A stretch of DNA of 34,438 bases from Gammaproteobacteria bacterium (GCA_050298595.1 JBNKUM010000003.1:1-34438), one strand, 5' to 3'. Shown: positions 11,201 through 21,554, counted from the first letter of the stretch. Translations and numbers: made by a program. The notes: generated from the sequence alone by a model not told the origin.

Positions 11201-11603
11201 TTTTACACCGTCTGATGTTGTGGGTTCCTTGCCTGAAGATGGCGATGATGTTACTGACTTCAGACCAGCAGACATGACTGGTGAATTTGAGGTTCCTTCT
11301 GAAGCTGATGTGCATTATGAGGTAGATCCAGATGCTGGAATAGAGAAAACTGGAACCTTTGCTCCTGGAGACTTTGACGAGGATGAGCTGAGTAATATAG
11401 CCTCGGTAGATGGAATGGGCGATATCGAAGATCTGATGCTACCTGATGATATTGATGAAGTGGGTACCAAGCTTGATCTAGCGAAAGCATTTATTGATAT
11501 GGGGGATGCAGAAGGAGCAAGAAGCAGTCTGGAAGAAGTACTGACAGAAGGTACTGTAGAACAGAAAGCTGAAGCAACTGAGCTATTACAGCAGATTAAA
11601 TAA
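8250..11603 (+). CDS. fimV: FimV/HubP polar landmark protein
   Basis: Signal peptide plus ALGLGEIEVNSFLNQPL, LLREYTVLLDPP, LysM (VTRGDTLWGIS), coiled coil, one TM helix, acidic cytoplasmic tract, and C-terminal TKLDLAKAFIDMGDAEGARSSLEEVL. Confidence 0.95.
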   Translation: MRKSVIISSLWTALLCFPLSSFALGLGEIEVNSFLNQPLKAGIEVVAARPGEIDDLLVSLASRDAFRKAGLERSADLSKLRFKIEKSEDGQSAKILITTRSAIKEPFLNFLVEADWAKGRLLREYTVLLDPPHFAQQAQQVAPRLTSESTAKSQPVPPAQSRSQQMDSMAMEAEVEAEAQPQPIALTEKTAQPIAEEAPGTDYTPQTTYTESAPVENEIIVTRGDTLWGISSRLKDDEHSMAQVMLAIQAANPDAFAMDNINNLKVGAVIRTPDSASFDDLSKQQAYVQVLEQNGLWDDYVARKTGTATAGSPMADTSVSSVPTQTESGQLSLLAPGDKDSTTASMTSDDSADVNQVRKQLALAEEELEASRLENQDLKSRVTDLENQLKKVEELQNIVQITDDSMAQLQQQAAEQDTTEVPTPATEESSSMIEEQPSDVMIDAAEKIAAEEAGQPADMIEEEAASEEVTDSMAQPTEAETVIPTLPEQDMQQADGMKADEATDTQPQTETVPAPVIVTEPQEGVLDAIPSVGSLLGDPVVLGGIAAIVLMLLGLLFVRRRKSAEADQGIIVEEPEDFLEDDDATPIHMPAAYEVEEPKVSDEEEGLVDTASMFIQPSEEAEDEFTKTAKISQAEAQQTEKEFAGIEAEQDDVLNEVDVYLAYGLYENAEDLLKESLENAPDRADYRAKLLDTFFATKNKDQFIKEAEALKSLGGAADRFWNRVQIMGYELAPENDLFAGAQDSDLSVADLEFSKPEAADFDIGADDDVTDYSNTDFDLSVDTENFDKIDSTAVKPEADEFSETKVDNELDLPELETEDEELPDEIGDFDLDLGEDEVSVSETEDDDALSFDLPDDLDLSTGFEDMAEDADILELDDTVEAPDLDELPEIDSGDDVEVELEEIDAPGKLNKTDEINLADIVLDEPEDTSQTVVMSSGDFKTEGEEFDSDLDLAENEDTEGTQQIESALDLDMSDINSADLQTGSFTPSDVVGSLPEDGDDVTDFRPADMTGEFEVPSEADVHYEVDPDAGIEKTGTFAPGDFDEDELSNIASVDGMGDIEDLMLPDDIDEVGTKLDLAKAFIDMGDAEGARSSLEEVLTEGTVEQKAEATELLQQIK

Positions 11604-11625
11604 TCCAGATTTAAGTTAGCATAGC

Positions 11626-11658
11626 AAGGCCTGTTATTTTTAATAACAGGCTTTTTTT
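11626..11658 (+). terminator. Rho-independent terminator after fimV
   Basis: GCCTGTTATT (11629-11638) / AATAACAGGC (11642-11651) stem followed by T7. Confidence 0.85.
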
Positions 11659-11704
11659 ATTGGGCGCTAAAACGCCCTGGCCAGGATTACATTACGAACA
11701 TTCT

Positions 11705-12487
11705 ATGTATAGAGTTGCGCTAGGAATAGAATACGATGGCTCTGCCTACTGTGGGTGGCAGAAACAGACGCATAGCCCATCGGTTCAGCAATATGTTGAG
11801 TCGGCTGTTTCTTTTGTTGCCGATCATGATATAGAGCTGGTGTGTGCCGGTCGTACAGACACCGGGGTGCATGCCTGCCAACAGGTAGTCCATTTTGATA
11901 CTACGTCTGAGAGATCTGCGCGAGCCTGGATGTTAGGCGCTAATTGCCGATTGCCCAAAGATATCCGCATCCTGTGGATGCAGCAAATGCCAACAGACTT
12001 TCATGCGCGTTTTAGTGCCATAGCTCGTAGTTATCGGTACATCATTCTCAATTCTGAAATTCCTAGCGCATTATTTAATAATAAAGTGTGCTGGCAGCAT
12101 CAGGCGCTGGATAGTGATAAAATGCATCTTGCGGCACAACAACTGGTGGGACAATTTGATTTTACTTCGTTTCGTGCATCAGGTTGTCAGGCAAAATCAC
12201 CTGTTAGAGATATTAAATCAATTGAGATAAATCGGCAGGGTGATTTGATTTTTCTAGATATTAAGGCAAATGCATTTTTGCATCACATGGTAAGAAATAT
12301 TAGTGGAAGTTTGATTGCCATTGGTCGAGGCGAGTTCCCAGCAGAATGGTTAGTAGAAGTGCTAGATGCTCGAGATCGTAGACAGGCAGGAATGACAGCC
12401 TCTGCCGCTGGGTTATATTTTTTACGTCCTTATTATCCCGAGCAATTTGAATTACCCTGTAGAGTCCGCAAGCCATTTCTTTTTTAA
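11705..12487 (+). CDS. truA: tRNA pseudouridine(38-40) synthase
   Basis: GIEYDGS, AGRTDTGVHA with catalytic Asp, FHARFSA and FLHHMVRNI. ATG 11705 preferred over the track's TTG 11660. Confidence 0.97.
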   Translation: MYRVALGIEYDGSAYCGWQKQTHSPSVQQYVESAVSFVADHDIELVCAGRTDTGVHACQQVVHFDTTSERSARAWMLGANCRLPKDIRILWMQQMPTDFHARFSAIARSYRYIILNSEIPSALFNNKVCWQHQALDSDKMHLAAQQLVGQFDFTSFRASGCQAKSPVRDIKSIEINRQGDLIFLDIKANAFLHHMVRNISGSLIAIGRGEFPAEWLVEVLDARDRRQAGMTASAAGLYFLRPYYPEQFELPCRVRKPFLF

Positions 12488-12506
12488 TAATTTTTAAGAA
12501 ATATTT

Positions 12507-13157
12507 ATGTCATCAGAACGTTCCTATTATCGTACTCGAGTAAAAATCTGCGGGTTAAAATCTTTCCAGGAAGTAAAGTCCGCCGCTGATTGTGGTGCAG
12601 ACTCAATAGGATTGGTGTTTCATTCCCCAAGCCCAAGATATATTGAACTGGAAAATGCCATTGCTATCCGTCGTGCACTACCAGCATTTGTTACCCTTAC
12701 AGCACTTTTTTTGAATGAAACTGAGCAATGGGTTGGTCAGGTGGTTGAACAGCTTAAGCCAGACTGCTTGCAGTTTCATGGCACTGAGTCTCCAGACTTC
12801 TGCCAGCGCTGGAGCTTGCCCTATATCAAGGCGATCCCCATGGCCAGTGTGGAAAATCCAGCTCAATATGCCTCCGAGTACAAATATGCACAGGGATTTC
12901 TGATGGACAGTAATGCCGCTGGACGGCTGGGGGGATCAGGTGATACATTTGACTGGTCGAAGATTCCTCCTAGTTTCCACTATCCACTCATTCTTGCTGG
13001 TGGTCTCACACCACTTAATGTGGCAGAAGCCGTTGCTCAGGTTAAGCCCTGGGCCGTTGATGTCAGTAGTGGTGTGGAAAAATCCAGAGGGGTTAAGGAC
13101 ACATTATTAATACAGCAATTTTGTAAAGAGGTTCATCGTGTCGACTGCCGAAGTTGA
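12507..13157 (+). CDS. trpF: Phosphoribosylanthranilate isomerase
   Basis: [29 protein letters not shown] and VDVSSGVE. Confidence 0.97.
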   Translation: MSSERSYYRTRVKICGLKSFQEVKSAADCGADSIGLVFHSPSPRYIELENAIAIRRALPAFVTLTALFLNETEQWVGQVVEQLKPDCLQFHGTESPDFCQRWSLPYIKAIPMASVENPAQYASEYKYAQGFLMDSNAAGRLGGSGDTFDWSKIPPSFHYPLILAGGLTPLNVAEAVAQVKPWAVDVSSGVEKSRGVKDTLLIQQFCKEVHRVDCRS

Positions 13158-14364
13158 AACTGTAACAGACTATAACCAGTACCCTGACGAACGTGGCCAT
13201 TTTGGTCGTTTCGGCGGCTTATTTGTAGCTGAAACCTTAATGGGACCCTTGCAGGAGTTGCGCGAAGCCTACGAGCATTACGCCAAAGATCCTGATTTTC
13301 AGAAAGAATTTGATAAAGATCTTCAGCATTATGTAGGTAGACCTAGTCCGGTTTATCACGCCGAACGGCTTTCGCAGAAAATCGGCGGAGCGCAAATCTG
13401 GCTGAAACGTGAAGACTTAAATCACACTGGCGCACATAAAATTAACAATACCATCGGCCAGGCATTGCTGGCGAAACGCATGGGTAAGAAAAGAATTATT
13501 GCCGAAACCGGCGCTGGTCAGCATGGTGTAGCATCAGCCACTGTAGCGGCCAGGCTGGGGCTGGAATGTGTCGTGTATATGGGGGCTGAAGATATCCAGC
13601 GCCAGGCACCCAATGTTTATCGTATGAAATTACTGGGTGCCGAAGTTGTACCTGTGACTTCAGGATCGGCAACCCTGAAAGATGCATTGAATGAAGCTAT
13701 GCGCGATTGGGTAACCAATATCGATGATACTTTTTATATCATCGGTACTGTGGCAGGTCCTCACCCATATCCAGCCATGGTAAGAGACTTTCAAACTATT
13801 ATCGGACGCGAAGCACGCGAGCAGATGATGCAGGCAGCCGGAAGACTGCCCAATGCACTGGTTGCCTGTGTGGGAGGTGGGTCCAATGCCATAGGGTTGT
13901 TTCATGAGTTTCTGAATGAGCGTGATATCGAAATTTATGGCGTAGAAGGTGGTGGTGATGGCATCGAATCAGGGCATCACGCTGCACCTTTAACTGCGGG
14001 TGTCCCAGGAATTTTACACGGCAATCGAACCTATCTGATGACCGATAGAGATGGGCAGATCACCGAAACTCATTGCATTTCCGCGGGTCTGGATTATCCC
14101 GGAGTTGGCCCTGAACATGCCTGGTTAAAGGAAACCCATCGTGCTACCTATACCACAGTAACCGATAAGGAAGCATTGGCCGCGTTTCATGAATTAACCC
14201 AGGTTGAAGGTATTATTCCTGCGCTGGAATCTTCACATGCACTGGCTTATGCCAGCAAACTGGCGGCAGAAAAATCGTCAGATCAAATTATTCTGGTTAA
14301 CCTGTCAGGTCGTGGAGACAAGGATATTAATACCATTGCAGAGCTGGAAGGTATCAAGCTATGA
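13138..14364 (+). CDS. trpB: Tryptophan synthase beta chain
   Basis: [16 protein letters not shown] (PLP Lys), [21 protein letters not shown] and NLSGRGDKD. Confidence 0.98.
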   Translation: MSTAEVETVTDYNQYPDERGHFGRFGGLFVAETLMGPLQELREAYEHYAKDPDFQKEFDKDLQHYVGRPSPVYHAERLSQKIGGAQIWLKREDLNHTGAHKINNTIGQALLAKRMGKKRIIAETGAGQHGVASATVAARLGLECVVYMGAEDIQRQAPNVYRMKLLGAEVVPVTSGSATLKDALNEAMRDWVTNIDDTFYIIGTVAGPHPYPAMVRDFQTIIGREAREQMMQAAGRLPNALVACVGGGSNAIGLFHEFLNERDIEIYGVEGGGDGIESGHHAAPLTAGVPGILHGNRTYLMTDRDGQITETHCISAGLDYPGVGPEHAWLKETHRATYTTVTDKEALAAFHELTQVEGIIPALESSHALAYASKLAAEKSSDQIILVNLSGRGDKDINTIAELEGIKL

Positions 14365-15176
14365 GCCGTATCAGCCAGAAATTTTTCGATTTAGGTCAGC
14401 AGAAAGCTTTAATTCCCTTTATCACTGCCGGTGATCCTCAAGCCGATTTCACTGTGCCTTTAATGCATCAACTGGTGGCTTCAGGTGCCAGTATTATTGA
14501 ATTGGGCGTGCCATTTTCTGATCCCATGGCGGATGGTCCTGTTATACAGGCAGCAGATGAAAGAGCTTTGGCTCATCACGTGAGTCTTAGAGATGTAATC
14601 GGTATGGTGGAACAGTTTAGAAAGACTGATAATGCCACCCCAGTGGTACTGATGGGATACCTGAATCCTATTGAGATTATGGGCTATCAACTGTTTGCCG
14701 AGCAGGCATCTGCTGCTGGTGTAGATGGTGTGCTAGTGGTAGATATGCCGCCGGAAGAGGGTGAAGAATTTACCGCTTTGATGCAGCAGTACGGAATCAA
14801 TACGATATTTCTGATTTCTCCCAATACTGATGCAAAACGTATTGAAAAAATTAATAAACTTGCCTCTGGGTATCTATACTATGTCTCGCTGAAAGGCGTG
14901 ACTGGAGCTAATACTCTGGATATCGATTCAGTTGCAGAAAAACTTCAACAAATTCGATCTATTTCTGACCTGCCGCTTGGTGTAGGCTTCGGTATTAAGG
15001 ATGGGAAAACCGCACAGGCTGTGGCAAAAGTAGCCGATGCTGTCGTTGTGGGCTCAGCTCTGGTCAACAGAATTGCAGAGAACCAGAATGATCAGGATAA
15101 AATGAATCAGAAATCGGCAGAACTCATGCATGAAATGCGCAGCATGATGGATGAGGCAACAATAATTCACAGGTAA
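14361..15176 (+). CDS. trpA: Tryptophan synthase alpha chain
   Basis: [22 protein letters not shown] and VGFGI motifs. ATGA overlap with trpB. Confidence 0.98.
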   Translation: MSRISQKFFDLGQQKALIPFITAGDPQADFTVPLMHQLVASGASIIELGVPFSDPMADGPVIQAADERALAHHVSLRDVIGMVEQFRKTDNATPVVLMGYLNPIEIMGYQLFAEQASAAGVDGVLVVDMPPEEGEEFTALMQQYGINTIFLISPNTDAKRIEKINKLASGYLYYVSLKGVTGANTLDIDSVAEKLQQIRSISDLPLGVGFGIKDGKTAQAVAKVADAVVVGSALVNRIAENQNDQDKMNQKSAELMHEMRSMMDEATIIHR

Positions 15177-15180
15177 TACT

Positions 15181-16041
15181 ATGAGCTGGTTTGACAAGAT
15201 ACTACCCTCCATCCGTACCAGCGGGGGGAATGATAAAAAGAATGTACCCGAAGGCCTGTGGGCCAAATGTAACTCCTGCGATGCGATCATCTATCGTGCA
15301 GAACTGGAGCGCAATAAAGACGTTTGTACCAAATGTGATCATCACATGCGTCAACCTGCAAGACGCAGACTGGAGCAGTTTCTGGATGAAGAAGGGCGCA
15401 GTGAAATTGCTGCCAATCTGGAAGCCTCAGATATTCTGAAATTCAAAGATGATAAAAAATATCGTGATCGCTTAAATGCAGCACAGAAAGCAACCGGTGA
15501 AAAGGATGCTCTGATCGTCATGAAAGGCTCGGTGAATGGGATTAACCTGGTTGCTGCAGCGTTTGAATTCGGTTTTATGGGAGGGTCTATGGGCTCCGTA
15601 GTCGGAGAAAAATTTGTCCGTGCCGCTAATACCTGTCTGGAGCATGGCATTCCTCTGGTGTGTTTCACCGCCAGTGGTGGTGCACGTATGCAGGAAGCTC
15701 TGATTTCATTGTTTCAAATGGCCAAAACCTCTGCGGTATTAACCCGTTTGTCACGTCGTGGTATTCCCTTTATCTCGGTACTTACAGACCCGACCATGGG
15801 TGGAGTATCGGCAAGTTTTGCCATGTTGGGCGATATTCATATCGCTGAACCCAATGCGTTGATTGGATTTGCCGGACCACGAGTTATCGAACAGACAGTA
15901 CGCGAGCAATTACCCGAAGGGTTTCAGCGTAGCGAGTTTTTACTCGAACACGGAGCAATCGATATGATCGTTGATCGTCGTGAATTACGCGATAAGATCA
16001 GCTCTATCTGTGCCATGCTGACAGCGCAACCATCACCCTGA
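15181..16041 (+). CDS. accD: Acetyl-CoA carboxylase carboxyltransferase beta subunit
   Basis: C4 zinc finger (CNSC...CTKC), [20 protein letters not shown] and [11 protein letters not shown]. Confidence 0.98.
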   Translation: MSWFDKILPSIRTSGGNDKKNVPEGLWAKCNSCDAIIYRAELERNKDVCTKCDHHMRQPARRRLEQFLDEEGRSEIAANLEASDILKFKDDKKYRDRLNAAQKATGEKDALIVMKGSVNGINLVAAAFEFGFMGGSMGSVVGEKFVRAANTCLEHGIPLVCFTASGGARMQEALISLFQMAKTSAVLTRLSRRGIPFISVLTDPTMGGVSASFAMLGDIHIAEPNALIGFAGPRVIEQTVREQLPEGFQRSEFLLEHGAIDMIVDRRELRDKISSICAMLTAQPSP

Positions 16042-16238
16042 TGCTTAACATGCAATGGTTTAGCCTGGCGATAATTACGTTAGTTTGTTTGCTGTGTATT
16101 GTAATGGCGCATCGCATGGCAAAGAAGAAAGGGCTAAATGCCGTTCTCTGGGGTGTGCTGGGAGGTATTTTTGGTCCTTTCGTATTTCCTGTTCTAATCT
16201 CGATACCGTCTAAGAAAACACCTGCCGATTCTCATTAA
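16041..16238 (+). CDS. Small two-helix membrane protein, hypothetical
   Basis: 65 aa (62 from ATG 16050). Hydrophobic helix, then AKKKGLN, then WGVLGGIFGPF helix. TGATG coupling to the accD stop. Confidence 0.7.
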   Translation: MLNMQWFSLAIITLVCLLCIVMAHRMAKKKGLNAVLWGVLGGIFGPFVFPVLISIPSKKTPADSH

Positions 16239-16285
16239 ACTTTTCGGATAAAACCGAGACCTGTTAACTTTCCCTGTGTTTGAAT

Positions 16286-17563
16286 ATGCGATTTGATAAT
16301 CTGGATGACTGGTTAGACTGGCAGCAACAGCTAAACCCTAAATCTATCGATCTAGGGCTGGATCGAGTGTCCAGAGTGTTTCAGCGCTTGCAGTTGAATG
16401 GCCTTAAGCGAGTAATTACCGTAGCTGGCACCAATGGCAAAGGTTCTACGGTTGCATACTACGAAAACTGGTTAAAAAATGCAGGCTTCAGCGTAGCCAG
16501 TTATACCTCACCTCATCTGCTGCATTATAACGAACGTATCAGGATTAATCTGCTACCCGTTTCAGATCAGCTGTTGTGTGAAGCTTTTGACCGTATTGAT
16601 CAACTGCGTGAAGATATCCAGCTCACTTATTTTGAATTCGGCACCCTGGCTGCACTGGTGTTGATGAGTGACTATGCCCCGGATTTCTCTATTCTGGAGG
16701 TTGGTCTGGGCGGCCGGCTGGATGCGGTCAATATCATTGATACTGATCTGGCACATCTGACACCCATAGGACTGGACCATCAAAGCTGGTTAGGTGATGA
16801 CCGGGAAACAATAGGTGCCGAAAAAGCGGGTATTTTACGCAAGGGGTGCCTTGCCGTATGTAGCGACAGTCATCCGCCTGACAGTGTGCTGGGTCAACTG
16901 AATGCGCTTGAATGCAATTACTCTCTGGCGGGTCGAGATTATCAATATCAATGGATCGATGATCAAACTATACACTGGCAAGGGCGAGAAAATGAGCTAC
17001 AGCTGATCCCTCCCCTGACTGGAGGGCATCAGGCACAAAATATCAGTGGCGTGCTGGCGGGGCTGGAATTACTGGGCTGTTTAGAGGGGCTTGAAAGTGA
17101 TCATATCACGGCTAATTTCTCAGGGGTCAGCTGTGCTGGTCGATTACAAACGCTGGATTACCCAGGCTGTGCCGGACGACTGGTGGTTGATGTTGGGCAT
17201 AATCAGCAAGCGGCGCAGGTTATCGCCAGTTATTTAAAAACATTGAAACTACAGCATAGAGTAACGGTCTTACTCGGCATGCTGGAAGATAAAGACAGTG
17301 TCGCTTATGTTGCAGAGCTTTCGGAGTTTGTCGATGAATGGTGGCTGGTGAGCTTATCGGGTGAGCGGGGTTTGACTGCCGAGCAGTTATTCCAACGCCT
17401 GTCGTCGCAGCAACTTAACCATGTACTGCTATTCGAATCAGTCAGTGCCGCTTTATCAGATGGCATGCCTTCTCTGGGTAATCAGGATATACTACTGGCT
17501 ACTGGTTCCTTCCTGACTGTAGAAGCCGTTTTAAAATATTCCGAACAAATTTCTGAGCACTAA
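16286..17563 (+). CDS. folC: Bifunctional folylpolyglutamate synthase / dihydrofolate synthase
   Basis: VAGTNGKGST P-loop, YTSPHL, LEVGLGGRLDAVN, DVGHN and GSF. Start is ATG 16286 or TTG 16280. Confidence 0.97.
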   Translation: MRFDNLDDWLDWQQQLNPKSIDLGLDRVSRVFQRLQLNGLKRVITVAGTNGKGSTVAYYENWLKNAGFSVASYTSPHLLHYNERIRINLLPVSDQLLCEAFDRIDQLREDIQLTYFEFGTLAALVLMSDYAPDFSILEVGLGGRLDAVNIIDTDLAHLTPIGLDHQSWLGDDRETIGAEKAGILRKGCLAVCSDSHPPDSVLGQLNALECNYSLAGRDYQYQWIDDQTIHWQGRENELQLIPPLTGGHQAQNISGVLAGLELLGCLEGLESDHITANFSGVSCAGRLQTLDYPGCAGRLVVDVGHNQQAAQVIASYLKTLKLQHRVTVLLGMLEDKDSVAYVAELSEFVDEWWLVSLSGERGLTAEQLFQRLSSQQLNHVLLFESVSAALSDGMPSLGNQDILLATGSFLTVEAVLKYSEQISEH

Positions 17564-18228
17564 TGGATCAACAACTTAAACAGCGACTAGTCGGTATAAG
17601 CGTTATTTTTGCGCTCGCTGTCATTTTCCTGCCGATGATTCTGGATGGTTCCGGCCAGCATCTTGAAAAGCTGGATATCAAAATCCCCATTCCACCCAGT
17701 GTGGAATCTCGTGTCGATGTCAGACAACAGGTGATTGAGTTGAAACGTGAGGTTGATGCGCTACCTGCGATGACTTCAGTGATTGTCGATGAAGTGAGTG
17801 ATGCGCAGGTAAAACCAGAAGCTGAAGTCAAACCTGAAATCACCGATACAGCAGTTCAGGAAACTAAAGTTACAAAGCCGCCAGCATCAAATCCAACAAC
17901 TAAAACCACAGCGCCAGATACTCAGAAAAAAGTACAGAAAGTAACGCCTGAGCCAGCTAAGGTTCCCCAAAAAGTATTGGCGGGTGGCGAGCAATGGGTC
18001 ATTCAGGTGGGTAGTTTTCAGGATAAGGATAAGGCCTATAAACAACGCGACCTGTTACGTAAATCTCGTCTGTCGGCTGTATTTATCGAAAAATTCACGC
18101 AAAATGGTTCACTTAGATACCGCGTTCGCATGGGGCCTTTCCTGACTCGGGATTCTGCTACGGTGGTGAAAAACAAGGTGCTTGCCAAATACAGTATCAA
18201 GGGCTGGTTGATGAGGTATGAGAAATGA
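17563..18228 (+). CDS. dedD: SPOR-domain cell division protein DedD-like
   Basis: LKQRLVG...LAVIFLP membrane anchor, Pro/Thr/Lys linker and SPOR domain (WVIQVGSF...YRVRMGPF). folC-dedD-cvpA-purF synteny. Confidence 0.88.
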   Translation: MDQQLKQRLVGISVIFALAVIFLPMILDGSGQHLEKLDIKIPIPPSVESRVDVRQQVIELKREVDALPAMTSVIVDEVSDAQVKPEAEVKPEITDTAVQETKVTKPPASNPTTKTTAPDTQKKVQKVTPEPAKVPQKVLAGGEQWVIQVGSFQDKDKAYKQRDLLRKSRLSAVFIEKFTQNGSLRYRVRMGPFLTRDSATVVKNKVLAKYSIKGWLMRYEK

Positions 18229-18292
18229 AAAGCCCAGTACAAAATTATCCTCTGGGATTGATCGTTTTATAGGGACGCTGGCAAAGCTGGCG

Positions 18293-18306
18293 TGTTAAAA
18301 TCCCGC
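18293..18306 (+). promoter_or_regulatory. Candidate extended -10 promoter for cvpA-purF
   Basis: TG-T-TAAAAT (18293-18301) followed by GC-rich CCCGC, about 30 nt before the cvpA start. Confidence 0.4.
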
Positions 18307-18331
18307 TTTTTCAAGATGCAGAGGCAAAATA

Positions 18332-18820
18332 ATGGGCTGGTTTGATATCGCAATCCTGGTGGTTATTCTGATTTCTTGTCTGATCAGTCTGGTACGCGGG
18401 TTTGTTAAGGAGTCAATATCCCTGGCAACCTGGCTGGTTGCTGGTTTTATTGCACTCAGATACCACCTTGCCATGTCTGAACTGCTAGCGCCATACATCG
18501 AGTCACCCACTATTGGACTGGCAGTGGCATTTGCCGCTTTATTTATTTTAACTCTGATCGTAGGTGCCATTATTAACTATATGGTGAGCCAGCTGGTTTC
18601 CAAAACTGGCTTAAGTGGCACCGACAAGATGCTGGGTATGATCTTTGGCGCTGCGCGAGGCGTATTAATCGTGGCGATGATTGTGTTGTTTGCCGGGTTA
18701 ACCCCGATCCCTTCCGAAAGCTGGTGGCAGGAATCGGTAATGGTTGAACATTTTATGAAAGTGGCTATCTGGATAAAGGATGTTCTTCCTTCCGATATTG
18801 CCAGTCGTTTTAGTTTTTAA
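18332..18820 (+). CDS. cvpA: CvpA family (colicin V production) membrane protein
   Basis: RGFVKESISL, GLSGTDKMLGMIFGAARG and WWQES; immediately upstream of purF. Confidence 0.95.
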   Translation: MGWFDIAILVVILISCLISLVRGFVKESISLATWLVAGFIALRYHLAMSELLAPYIESPTIGLAVAFAALFILTLIVGAIINYMVSQLVSKTGLSGTDKMLGMIFGAARGVLIVAMIVLFAGLTPIPSESWWQESVMVEHFMKVAIWIKDVLPSDIASRFSF

Positions 18821-18844
18821 TGGTCCAGCTCGAGAGATAATCGC

Positions 18845-20356
18845 ATGTGTGGAATTGTTGGTATCGTTGGGATTCAGCCCGTTGCTCAGGTGATTTACGA
18901 TAGCCTGCTGGTATTACAACACCGTGGGCAGGATTCTGCAGGTATGGTGACCTGCGAAGGTAATAAGTTACACCTTCGTAAGGATAATGGGATGGTAAGC
19001 GATACCTTCCACACTCGGCATATGCTCAAGCTGCTGGGTAATATGGGGATAGGGCATGTGCGCTATCCTACCGCAGGTTGTTCATCTTCTGCTGAAGCAC
19101 AGCCTTTTTATGTGAATTCTCCCTATGGCATCTCGCTGGCGCATAATGGCAATTTAACCAATGTCGATAAATTAAAAGCCGATCTTTATGCGGAAGATCG
19201 CCGTCATATCAATACCGAATCTGATTCAGAGGTTTTACTTAATGTACTGGCGCATGAACTTCAGGAGTCGGGAAAGCTAAAGCTTGAAGTTGACGATATC
19301 TTTCAGGCGGTGACTGCCACCCATAACCGTATCGAAGGTGCTTATGCTGTTGTCGCTATGCTGACAGGGCGCGGGATATTGGCATTTCGTGATACCTGTG
19401 GTATTCGCCCGGTTGTTTACGGTAAAAGAGTCACTGATCAGGGAACCGAGTATATGGTAGCTTCTGAATCGGTGGCTTTGCAGGCATCTGGTTTTGAGCT
19501 GGTTGCTGACCTTAAACCCGGTGAAGCGATCTATATCACTGCTGCGGGTGAAATCCATACACACCAATGCGCAGAGCACAGTCAGTTAACGCCCTGTATT
19601 TTCGAGCATGTGTACATGGCTCGCCCTGATTCAGTGATCGATGATATCTATGTCTACAAGGCTCGCCTGCGTATGGGTGTGAAGCTGGCGGATAAGATTC
19701 TGCGCGAGCGGCCTGACCATGATATCGATGTAGTGATTCCTATTCCCGATACCAGCAGGCCTTCTGCAATGGAGCTTGCCTATCACCTGGGGGTGAAGTT
19801 TCGAGAAGGCTTCATCAAAAATCGTTATATCGGACGCACCTTTATCATGCCGGGGCAAACCCTGCGCAAGAAATCGGTTCGCCGTAAGTTAAACCCTATC
19901 GACATTGAATTCAAAGGAAAGAATGTATTGCTGGTAGATGATTCCATCGTGCGTGGCACGACATCTCAGCAAATTATCGAAATGGCACGTGATGCCGGCG
20001 CTAATAAGGTTTATATGGCTTCAGCGGCACCTCCTGTAAGGTTTCCTAATGTTTATGGCATAGATATGCCTGCTGTCGATGAGTTGATTGCGCATAATCG
20101 CACGGCTGAAGAAGTGGGTGAGCTGATTGGTGCAGACTGGATGGTGTATCAGGATCTGGAAGATTTGATTGAAGCAATACGCAAGGGTAATCCTGCAATT
20201 AAGGAATTTGACTGCTCCTGCTTCAATGGTGAATATGTGACACAGAATGTCAGCAGTGATTACCTCAATAGAGTGCAAGCCATCCGTAATGACTCCGCAA
20301 AACAAAGCAGTGAAGAAGCGCAGGTCGTCGGTATGGAGTTGCACAATAACGCCTGA
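18845..20356 (+). CDS. purF: Amidophosphoribosyltransferase
   Basis: N-terminal MCGI nucleophile, [16 protein letters not shown] and PRPP loop [14 protein letters not shown]. Confidence 0.98.
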   Translation: MCGIVGIVGIQPVAQVIYDSLLVLQHRGQDSAGMVTCEGNKLHLRKDNGMVSDTFHTRHMLKLLGNMGIGHVRYPTAGCSSSAEAQPFYVNSPYGISLAHNGNLTNVDKLKADLYAEDRRHINTESDSEVLLNVLAHELQESGKLKLEVDDIFQAVTATHNRIEGAYAVVAMLTGRGILAFRDTCGIRPVVYGKRVTDQGTEYMVASESVALQASGFELVADLKPGEAIYITAAGEIHTHQCAEHSQLTPCIFEHVYMARPDSVIDDIYVYKARLRMGVKLADKILRERPDHDIDVVIPIPDTSRPSAMELAYHLGVKFREGFIKNRYIGRTFIMPGQTLRKKSVRRKLNPIDIEFKGKNVLLVDDSIVRGTTSQQIIEMARDAGANKVYMASAAPPVRFPNVYGIDMPAVDELIAHNRTAEEVGELIGADWMVYQDLEDLIEAIRKGNPAIKEFDCSCFNGEYVTQNVSSDYLNRVQAIRNDSAKQSSEEAQVVGMELHNNA

Positions 20357-20367
20357 CCCACTACAGG

Positions 20368-20913
20368 ATGTTGCTGTGGCAGAGGTTGCAGGGTTTAATC
20401 CAGTCTGCAAGGATTGAGCTTTTAGAGTGCCACCTGGATCATGCGCTGATCTATATCAATATCGATCAGCAATTACTGAGTCTGGTTACGCCAGACTCCA
20501 TCCCACTTCAGTCCTATCCGGTTTCTACCTCAAAATATGGGTCTGGTCAGCAGGTAAATAGCTATAAAACCCCACTTGGCATCCATAAAATTGAACGCAA
20601 GATTGGTCAGGGTGAACCTCTAGGGCGTGTATTCAGGGCAAGAGTCGCTACTGATGAACTCAGTTATGCTGAAGACTATCAGGGCGAACAGGATATTATC
20701 TGTAGCCGTATCCTCTGGTTAAGAGGCCTGCAGCCCGGCTGGAATTCGGGTGGGGAGGTAGACACATTTGATCGCTATATTTATATTCATGGAACCCCCG
20801 ATGAAGCGCATATAGGTCAGGCGGCATCACAGGGCTGTATTCGTATGACAAACCATCAGGTGATTGAGCTTTTTGATCGGGTTTCGGTTAATGATGTGGT
20901 GATTATCGAATAA
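20368..20913 (+). CDS. L,D-transpeptidase (YkuD) catalytic-domain protein
   Basis: YPVSTSKYG, TPLG, and IYIHGT...SQGCIRM with catalytic His and Cys. Confidence 0.85.
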   Translation: MLLWQRLQGLIQSARIELLECHLDHALIYINIDQQLLSLVTPDSIPLQSYPVSTSKYGSGQQVNSYKTPLGIHKIERKIGQGEPLGRVFRARVATDELSYAEDYQGEQDIICSRILWLRGLQPGWNSGGEVDTFDRYIYIHGTPDEAHIGQAASQGCIRMTNHQVIELFDRVSVNDVVIIE

Positions 20914-21013
20914 TCAGAGCGCTTTCATAGGCTCAACACTAACTGAAGTCAGGCGCTGATTATTCGAATTGAATCTGCTAGTATCGCGTCTAATTTTTTT
21001 CACGAGTCTTCTT

Positions 21014-21505
21014 ATGGAACGCATTGTTGAATCTATGTTCTATGCCAGTCGCTGGTTGCTGGCACCTATCTATATTGGGCTTTCTCTGGCGCTGTTGTTG
21101 CTGGCAGCTAAGTTTTTTCAGGAAGTAGTGCATGTTTTTCCGCTAGTCTTCTCATCCTCAGAATCTGATCTGGTGCTGGTGGTGCTTTCTCTCATTGATC
21201 TGGCTCTTGTGGGTGGTCTTCTTGTTATGGTGATGTTTAGTGGCTATGAGAATTTCATTTCACAATTAGACCTGGAAGACCATAAAGAAAAACTTGCCTG
21301 GCTGGGAAAACTGGACTCAGGCAGTTTAAAACAGAAAGTTGCTGCTTCAATCGTTGCTATTTCTTCCATTCATTTGCTGCAGAAGTTTATGAATGCGGAC
21401 TTGGTTGATAATGAAAAGCTGAAGTGGTACGTAATCATTCACCTGACCTTTGTAGTTTCAGCTATCGGCATGGCAGTGGTTGATAAAATGAATACCAAAC
21501 ACTGA
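21014..21505 (+). CDS. yqhA: YqhA / UPF0114 (TIGR00645-like) inner membrane protein
   Basis: [23 protein letters not shown] and [18 protein letters not shown] 21014 preferred. Confidence 0.85.
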   Translation: MERIVESMFYASRWLLAPIYIGLSLALLLLAAKFFQEVVHVFPLVFSSSESDLVLVVLSLIDLALVGGLLVMVMFSGYENFISQLDLEDHKEKLAWLGKLDSGSLKQKVAASIVAISSIHLLQKFMNADLVDNEKLKWYVIIHLTFVVSAIGMAVVDKMNTKH

Positions 21506-21515
21506 GTTTTCTGGT

Positions 21516-21544
21516 TTGACACCGCTAAAGCCAGTGGTTAAGGT
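21516..21544 (+). promoter_or_regulatory. Sigma70 promoter for the SAM-II/metZ transcript
   Basis: Perfect TTGACA (21516-21521), 17-nt spacer, TAAGGT (21539-21544). The predicted start is about 21551, just before the aptamer. Confidence 0.7.
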
Positions 21545-21554
21545 TATACACCAT

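Noticed and set aside
18229-18331. PurR box or purine riboswitch before cvpA-purF
   Set aside because: There is no match to the GCAAACGTTTNC consensus, only a weak CCCAG/CTGGG stem, and no aptamer features that I recognise.
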